Origin: an uncultured Planctomycetota bacterium
GTDB lineage: Bacteria; Planctomycetota; Planctomycetia; Isosphaerales; Isosphaeraceae
DNA length: 64,000 bases
NCBI GenBank assembly: GCA_963823665.1
Contig: CAWGMQ010000002.1
Span: forward strand, 96,001-160,000
Direction of reading: 5' to 3'
Shown: in pieces, positions 57,787 to 64,000 of the stretch
How positions within the stretch are numbered: the stretch's first letter is position 1
Layout: each line of letters begins with the position of its first letter
Translations under genes and position numbers: made by a program
Notes under the pieces: model-generated
Database searches by the model: none
What the model saw: the letters and a program-made list of their open reading frames with translations, nothing else
What the model was told of the DNA's origin: nothing

Positions 57787-58560
57787 TCAGCGTGACCCGA
57801 AGTAATGGGCCACCGGCTGGTAGATCGCGCAGTTTTCCGGCTCATCGGTGACCACGCGTCCGCCGCACTCAACCCAGGCATGTGCCTCGAACGGATGCCG
57901 ACGGATGCCGACCTTCAGGACCGCCGGCAGCCCGTGGACCGCTCGAAGGATCTGGTAGCCCACGAGGGCTCGTTCCTTGCAGACCATCGGCAGGAGGACC
58001 CGGCGTGACGCCGCGTCGCGGACAAGCTGATCGACCGCGTCGATCACATCATCCCAGCCTGCGGGAGGGGACGGGCCCCGGTCGGCACGGTGCCAGCGTG
58101 TCCACAGCCGGACCGTGGTGGCCCAGCCGAGCAGCCGGATGCTGAACCAGGCGAGGACCATCAGCGATGCTACCGTAAGGCGGCCCGGAGCAGTGGTCCG
58201 TCCATGTCCGCGGCGACCTCGCGGTTTCTCGCTTTCCCGCGTGGCGGCGACCGGACCCCGATGCTTCACCAGCAGCCTTTTGCGGGCTAACTCGCCCACC
58301 AGCGTGGTGAGATCGGTGCGGATGCGGGCGTGGTCCACGCCGTAGAAGTCGGCAGCTCGATCCACCGCCACGTCGAATCCATCGTCGAGCACGAGCGTCA
58401 ACAGCTTCGTCCCGACCGGGTCGAGGCCATAGAACCGGCCTCGATTCAGGTTCAGCAGGCGAGCGATGCCGTCCTGGACGTCCAGGACGACGTCATTGCC
58501 CAGGCGGAGGCAACGTTCGCCCCGTCCCCGATCTGTGACCGCCTGATCCGTTCCCGCCAT
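57787..58560 (-). CDS. Fused lasso peptide B protein: PqqD-like RRE (B1) + transglutaminase-like leader peptidase (B2)
   Basis: RRE: ARLLNLNRGRFYGLDPVG...FYGVDHARIRTDLTTLVGELARKRLL. Peptidase: VCKERAL (Cys), FEAHAWVE (His), VVTD (Asp). Confidence 0.92.
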   Translation of the reverse strand: MAGTDQAVTDRGRGERCLRLGNDVVLDVQDGIARLLNLNRGRFYGLDPVGTKLLTLVLDDGFDVAVDRAADFYGVDHARIRTDLTTLVGELARKRLLVKHRGPVAATRESEKPRGRRGHGRTTAPGRLTVASLMVLAWFSIRLLGWATTVRLWTRWHRADRGPSPPAGWDDVIDAVDQLVRDAASRRVLLPMVCKERALVGYQILRAVHGLPAVLKVGIRRHPFEAHAWVECGGRVVTDEPENCAIYQPVAHYFGSR

Positions 58561-58588
58561 GGCAATTCCCCCGTTAGAGAAAAGGACG

Positions 58589-58625
58589 GACCGCCCGGGC
58601 GGCGCGGAGCACGCCGCGGGCGGTC
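58589..58625 (-). terminator. GC-rich stem-loop between precursor A2 and the B gene (attenuator/stabiliser)
   Basis: gaccgcccg...cgggcggtc inverted repeat, followed on the minus strand by cgtccttttctct. Confidence 0.6.
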
Positions 58626-58636
58626 GCGCCGGACGA

Positions 58637-58840
58637 TCAAAAGTCGAAGAACCAACGCCCCGGGCCATCATCGAGGCGCCAGCCCGGGCCGCCCTGAAGC
58701 CGGTCCAACGAGCCGAGCACGTAGAGTTGGGGCACCCGATAGGCCGTGGTGAAGCACGGCACCGGCGCGGCCGACTCATCCGCACCGGGAGACTCGCCGT
58801 CTCCGAGAAATCCGTGATACCGTAGCCGCTCTGAGAACAT
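58637..58840 (-). CDS. Lasso peptide precursor A2 (predicted core GGPGWRLDDGPGRWFFDF)
   Basis: gaggag RBS; leader ends YRVPQLYVLGSLDRLQ; core with G1 and D8/D9 (58640-58693). Alternative starts at 58843 and 58849. Confidence 0.88.
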   Translation of the reverse strand: MFSERLRYHGFLGDGESPGADESAAPVPCFTTAYRVPQLYVLGSLDRLQGGPGWRLDDGPGRWFFDF

Positions 58841-58892
58841 CACTGTCATCTCCTCGATTGAAGTACGCGACTGTTCATGGTCGTGAACGACC

Positions 58893-58920
58893 CGGCCGCG
58901 GGCCGGAGGGCCCGCGGCCG
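58893..58920 (-). terminator. Perfect 12-bp stem-loop between precursors A1 and A2
   Basis: cggccgcgggcc-ggag-ggcccgcggccg; no U-tract, so more likely an mRNA stabiliser than a terminator. Confidence 0.65.
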
Positions 58921-58935
58921 CCATCGAAGCAGCGT

Positions 58936-59133
58936 TCAGAACCCGTTGAAGTACCAGCGGCTGGGGCCGTCGTACTCCGAACCGCTCAGGTAGCCCTGGA
59001 GCTTTTCAAGCGAGCCAAGATCGAAGACGGCGGGTTTGCCGTACGCATGGCACGGTGTAGGGCCAGCCGGAGCCGCGGTACGCGGTCTCTCGGGATCGCC
59101 CATCGGATTATAGATGCAGACCAATCGATTCAT
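58936..59133 (-). CDS. Lasso peptide precursor A1 (predicted core GYLSGSEYDGPSRWYFNGF)
   Basis: gaaggaaaggaag RBS; leader ends YGKPAVFDLGSLEKLQ; core with G1 and E7/D9 (58939-58995). Confidence 0.9.
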   Translation of the reverse strand: MNRLVCIYNPMGDPERPRTAAPAGPTPCHAYGKPAVFDLGSLEKLQGYLSGSEYDGPSRWYFNGF

Positions 59134-59206
59134 CGTTTCTTCCTTTCCTTCGTGCTGGGTGTGTGTGTGTGAAAACGATCTGCCTCTGTCGCCTGTCATC
59201 TCGGGA

Positions 59207-59260
59207 TCACTTTTTCCCGAGGATGATCTCAAGTGCATTGCCGATGATGATGTCGATCAT
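59207..59260 (-). CDS. Micro-ORF 3, 17 aa MIDIIIGNALEIILGKK
   Basis: GAGGAGG RBS 7 nt before the ATG; below the ORF-track cutoff as a standalone ORF. Confidence 0.6.
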   Translation of the reverse strand: MIDIIIGNALEIILGKK

Positions 59261-59343
59261 CTCATGGCCTCCTCGTGAACTTGTTGCGGTTCCAGTTCTT
59301 CGGCGACACCGCCCCCGAGGCGGGGCCGCCCGCACCATCGGCG

Positions 59344-59397
59344 TTACTTGCCGATGCTGATCTTGATCACGGCATCGAAATCGAACTCCTCGATCAC
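59344..59397 (-). CDS. Micro-ORF 2, 17 aa MIEEFDFDAVIKISIGK
   Basis: Purine-rich aggaaagaagagag upstream of a GTG; the frame is also open further upstream, so the start is less certain. Confidence 0.5.
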   Translation of the reverse strand: MIEEFDFDAVIKISIGK

Positions 59398-59705
59398 GTC
59401 TCTCTTCTTTCCTGCATGGTGACGGGTCACGAGACCGAGTGAGAAACGGCTCCAGGCTCGACACACGGCCCTGATACCAGGGTTGCGACTTGACTGTCGA
59501 CACAACGCCTTCCGAGGCAGATCGGTCGAGGAGAGGGTCGCCTTGTCGAACCCGATCTCCACGTGAACGCCTCTTTGGCGGTTGTCGCGCGGAGCCCCAT
59601 CCCTGCGCTTCTTCGAGTTTCGACCCCGAGGCTGCGCCAATTGACGAGCTTGCCGGGCCGGCGCACCGACCCGGCCGCGATCGAGCAATCCCGCTCGATC
59701 CGCGA

Positions 59706-59783
59706 TTACTTGCCGACGTTCCTGACAACGGCCTTCACGGCTTCCGTGACGACGACCTGAATCAAACCGCCAAGGCAACTCAT
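59706..59783 (-). CDS. Micro-ORF 1, 25 aa MSCLGGLIQVVVTEAVKAVVRNVGK
   Basis: GAGGAG RBS 7 nt before the ATG; stop followed by hairpin gatcgagc-N6-gctcgatc (59679-59700). Confidence 0.6.
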   Translation of the reverse strand: MSCLGGLIQVVVTEAVKAVVRNVGK

Positions 59784-59902
59784 GGCTTTTCTCCTCGATT
59801 GTGCGGCAGCCGAGGAAGCCGACGCCGGCTTCCATCCTGCCCGTTGACATGCGAGAATTGCGCGAGCTGCCCTCAGCCCCGCTGAAACGAATCGGCAAAA
59901 AA

Positions 59903-60486
59903 ATGGGCGACGAACGACCGGATGACATAACTAGGCTCCTCAGCGAGGCTCGCGCCGGCGCTGGAAGGTGCGCACGAGGAGCTCGTGCGGGCCATCTACG
60001 GCGAGCTACGGAACATCGCGCAAGGGTGGATGCATCGCGAGCGAGCCGACCACACGCTTCAGCCGACCGCGCTGGTCAACGAGGCGTTCTGCCGCCTGCT
60101 GGAGAAAGAATCGCTGGTCAACGCCCCCAATCGCGCGTACATGTTCGCTGCGGCCGCGGAGGCGATGCGCCGCGTCCTGGTCGAGCATGCCCGCGCGCGT
60201 CGGACCAGGAAGCGGGGCGGGAACCGCGTGCGCGTCCCCCTGGACCAGGTCCTCGCCGGTTTCGACGAGCAAGGCGTGGATGTGATCGCCCTGCACGAAG
60301 CGCTCGAGGAACTGGCCAAGGCGTACCCACGGCAAAGCCAGGTCGTCACGTTCCGGTTCTTCGGCGGTCTCCACGGTGCCCGAGGTCGCGGAGGCGTTGC
60401 AACCGAAAGTTTCGGTCACGACGGTTGAGAGCGACTGGCGGTTCGCGAGGGCTTGATTGAAAGATCGGCTGGGGGCCGTGCCATGA
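59903..60486 (+). CDS. Planctomycete-type ECF sigma factor (kinase-associated); frameshifts and an in-frame TGA at 60454
   Basis: DITRLLSEARAG, IYGELRNIA, HTLQPTALVNEAF, MRRVLVEHARAR..KRGG, RFFGGL, TVESDWRFARA*LKDRL; ATGA overlap with the kinase. Confidence 0.88.
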
Positions 60487-63400
60487 CGAATCCCGAACCG
60501 AATCAGCGGGTCTACGCCATCTTCGACCAGGTGCTTCAGTGCGACCCGTCCGACCGGCCGGCCCTGCTCGACGAATTGTGCGCCGACGATCACGAACTGC
60601 ACGCCGAAGTCGAGCGGCTCCTTGGCGCCGACGAGCGGGCCAGCCAAGAGGACTTCCTGGCGCCACCGAAACAACCAGCAGGCGACGCCGACCACCACCC
60701 GCGGCCACCCCTGAGGCTGCACGGGCTGGAGGCGCACGTCCGCTGCCCACAATGCCAGAACCCGATCGGGCTGGCGAACTTGTCTGTCGCCGAGAACGAG
60801 GTGGTTTGCCCCTCCTGCGGATCGAGCTTCCAGTTGGAGCGGGAGTCGACCGTCCCTTGGAGCCTGCGAAAGGGCCAACGGTGGCTCGGCCGATTCGAGC
60901 TGATCAAGCCTGCCGGTCTCGGGGCCTTTGGCACGGTGTACGAAGCTCGCGACCACCAGCTCGCCCGCACGGTGGCCATCAAGGTTCCCCGGATCGGCAA
61001 TCTAGCCACTGAGGATGATCGCGAACGGTTTCTGCGGGAGGGTCGCAGCGTTGCCCAGTTGCGGCACGAGTTCATCGTGGCGGTCCACGAGGTGGGGGAG
61101 CAAGAGGGGGTGCCCTACCTGGTCAGCGACTTCGTGAAGGGGCTGTCACTGTCGGACTGGCTGACCGGTCGCCGGCTGGCCCCGAACGAAGCCGCCCGTC
61201 TCATTGCCGAGATCGCCCGTGCCCTCCAGTACGCCCACGAGCGGGGAGTGATCCACCGCGACGTCAAGCCGTCAAATATCATGTTGGACGACCAACTGAA
61301 GCCGCACTTGATGGACTTTGGGCTGGCCAAGCGCGACGTCGGCGAAATCACCATGACGATTGAGGGCGACGTGCTGGGAACCCCGGCGTACATGAGCCCT
61401 GAGCAGGCGCAGGGGCAAGGCCACAAAGTCGATGGGCGCAGCGACGTCTATAGCCTGGGAGTCGTCCTCTACCAGCTGCTGACCGACGAATTGCCGTTTC
61501 GCGGCAATCCGCGGATGTTGCTGTACCAGGTGCTCAACGACGAGCCCAAACCCCCGCGTAAGATCAACGATCGCATCCCGCGCGATCTCGAGACAATGTG
61601 CCTGAAGGCTATGGCCAAGGAGCCGACACGCCGGTACTCTACTGCGGCCGCGCTTGCCGAGGATTTAGGGCGGTTCTTGAATGGGGAGCCGATCCAAGCT
61701 CGGCCGGTGGGACAGCTCGAACGGTCGGTCAAATGGCTCCGGCGACGGCCCGCGCTGGCGTCCGCCATCGGAGTTAGCCTGGCGGCAGTCGTCGCCCTCC
61801 TCGCACTCGGTTCCTGGTTTACCCTGAGCTTACAGGGAATCAACCAAGGCCTAAGCACGGCGAACGCCGAGATCACGCAGCGGCGGATGGAAACAGAGTC
61901 GGCCGCCAAGAAAACTCGAGAAAGCCTGGTCCGGCTCTCCAGCTCGACGGGCGACCACGCCGCCGAGGACGGTGACTGGTGGACCGCTCTGCTGTGGTAT
62001 CACCGCGCCTGGAAGCTCGATCAGGGTCGCGGCGAGGCCGGTGGCCATCGACAGCGGATCGCGGCGCTCCTCGCACGCTGCCCGCACCTTTTGGGAATCT
62101 GCTTCCATAAGGACGCGGTACTCGAGGCGGAGTTCACACCATCCGGCGAACGAATCGCGACGGTCACCGAGAATGCGCGTGCTTACCTGTGGGAGCCTCG
62201 TCGGAATCAGTGCCTGGCCGAATTGCGCCACGAAGGAGCCGTAGTTCATGTTACGATCGATCCGGCCGGCCAGCGGATTGCCACGGCCGGGAAGGACGGC
62301 TGCGTTCGATTGTGGAACGCCACCGACGGCAAACCGCTCCTCTCTCTGCATCACCCTGCTGCGGTCAATTGGGCCGCATTCAGCGCCGACGGGACGTACT
62401 TGGCCACCGCTTGCACCGATGGTTTCGTCCGGCTCTGGCAGGCCGACACAGGCGCTGTCGGCTCCGTCAAGATCGCGACGGCCGGCGCAGCGCTGTTCGT
62501 TGTCTTCAGCCCGGATAGCTCCCGGTTCTTGACGGTCGATGACTCGGAACATGCGCGGGTCTGGAACGCAGCAACCGGTGAGGCGCAAAGTCCACCTTTA
62601 CCGCACCGAATGCAGCCCGGGAGTCTGGGTCCTGTCGCCAAGGTGCTTCCCTCGTTCAGTCCGGACGGTCGCTGGGTCGTAACGGTTTATAATCACGGCC
62701 GCTCGGACGGCGTGACCGCGTATGAAAAAAGCTCACTGCATTTCTGGTAAGCAGGAACAGAGTTCAGCAGCGTGCCACGGGGCAAAGCTCTCAGCCAGGC
62801 CGTTTTCAGTCCGGACAGCAAACAGGTCCTCACATTTGGATCAACCCGCACGGTCTGGCTGCTGAACGTGCCTGGAGGCCCCGACGCTGGGGAACGGTAT
62901 TTTGAAACTCCGCGCGAGGTGCAACGCGGTTGTTTTTCTCCGGACGGCCGGGTGATCGCCACGGCGAGTAGTGGAGGATGGGTCCAATTCTGGGATCGCT
63001 CGCGCTTGCTTCCCATCGGCGCCACCACGAGCGACAAGCCCGGCATGAGTTTCCGTCACGTGGCATCGCTCACACAACTCGTGTTCAGCCCGGACGGCAG
63101 CTATGTGTTGTCGGCCGGCCACGATGGAACCGCACGATTGTGGCAACTGCCGCCCAGTCAGTTTCGTGGTCGATTTTATGAATTCGACTGCGGCCGAGCC
63201 CACCTGAGTGGGTCGTGGCCGGATCTCGCCACGGGTCTCAGCGTTGCTTATAGTCCTGACGGGAAGCGAGAGATTCGTTTCGGCCCGCCGGGCAAGACAA
63301 CCATCCAAGAGCGCACCCGTAGCCGGGCGGTTGTTACCTTGAATACCGAGGGCGCTGTGCTCGGGGCTGAGTTCAGCGCGGACGGGCAAAGGGTGGCGAC

Positions 63401-64000
63401 CATCGCCATGAACGGGGTGAGGATCTGGTCTGCCCAGTCTGGAGAGGCGATCGGCCCTCGGTTCCCGGTGAATGGCCGCGTGGACTTGAGCCTCGATGGC
63501 CAAGGCCATCGTCTTGCGGCGGCTGATATAAACGGTGCCGTCTACACCTGGGAGGCGGATACGGGAAGAACGCTGGTTGAGCCGTTTCTGGCCCCCTCTG
63601 ACGCAAGCAAAGATCTCGTTCGCGTGAGCGCGGCCGCTCGGCCGAAAGGACCCTCGACCGCCCAGCAATCGGTCATCTCGCTGAGCGAGAACGGCGGACT
63701 ACTTGCCGCTGCGACTAGGTTCAAGACCGGAGCTCATCCAACTGCGGCACTCATCGACGTCGAGACCGGTTCGACACGCTTCGTCGTCACGAAGACGAAT
63801 GCGGTCATTCAGTCTCTCAAACTGAGCCGCGATGGCAAGCACTTACTCATCGCGTCCTCCGACACGACGGCGCGGGTCTACGACAGCGCGACCGGCGAGC
63901 CGGCCGGACCGCCCTTGCGACATCCCAACTTCGTCCGTTCTGCGACATTCAGTTGCGACGGACGGTATGTCGCAACGGCCGATGCGCTGCAAAACGTCCG
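60483..64000 (+). CDS. Zn-ribbon + Ser/Thr kinase + TM + WD40 repeat protein (in-frame TAA at 62748, later frameshifts; runs off the right edge)
   Basis: CPQC..CPSC; GLGAFGTV, VAIK, HRDVKPSN, DFG, GTPAYMSPEQA; WD40-like repeats continue past the stop (AVFSPDSKQV, CFSPDGRVIATAS). Confidence 0.9.

Noticed and set aside
55653..57881. Housekeeping asparagine synthetase AsnB
   Set aside because: It lacks the N-terminal Cys glutaminase start and is clustered with the RRE-peptidase and precursors, so it is called a lasso cyclase.
59159..59171. (GT)6 microsatellite upstream of A1 as a phase-variation switch
   Set aside because: Too short, and no evidence of variability from a single sequence.
59844..59849. 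TTGACA sigma-70 -35 box
   Set aside because: No plausible -10 element at the expected spacing.
1..64000. Many frameshifted genes as mass pseudogenisation or programmed frameshifting
   Set aside because: Scattered 1-bp indels occur in unrelated genes with otherwise intact motifs. This is typical of unpolished long-read sequence.
1..64000. tRNA/rRNA genes
   Set aside because: None recognised by eye; a covariance-model search was not possible.

Overview
GC-rich bacterial window, very probably from a Planctomycete (Isosphaeraceae-like). This is inferred from gene content: ECF sigma factors with long C-terminal extensions, kinase-WD40 proteins, a PVC-type CxxCH dehydrogenase and a MoxR/DUF58/BatA/DUF4159 cluster. 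Many genes are split by 1-bp frameshifts, most likely long-read errors. Left to right: MoxR chaperone operon (1-11.6 kb, minus); sialidase-like gene; an unusual RND efflux operon (tandem double adaptor plus two pumps, each with a homologous ~90-aa domain inserted at a different site); an IS1182-like element with a 6-bp TSD splitting a small secreted-protein gene; housekeeping and signalling genes, including an ECF sigma fused to a di-heme oxidoreductase domain. The most notable locus is at 55.7-59.8 kb (minus): a lasso-peptide gene cluster with cyclase, fused RRE-peptidase and two short precursors with an atypical LQ|G cleavage site. It is preceded by three 17-25 aa micro-ORFs, each with an RBS-like site and each ending in (V/I/L)GK(K), and lies divergent from an ECF sigma / Ser-Thr kinase pair.
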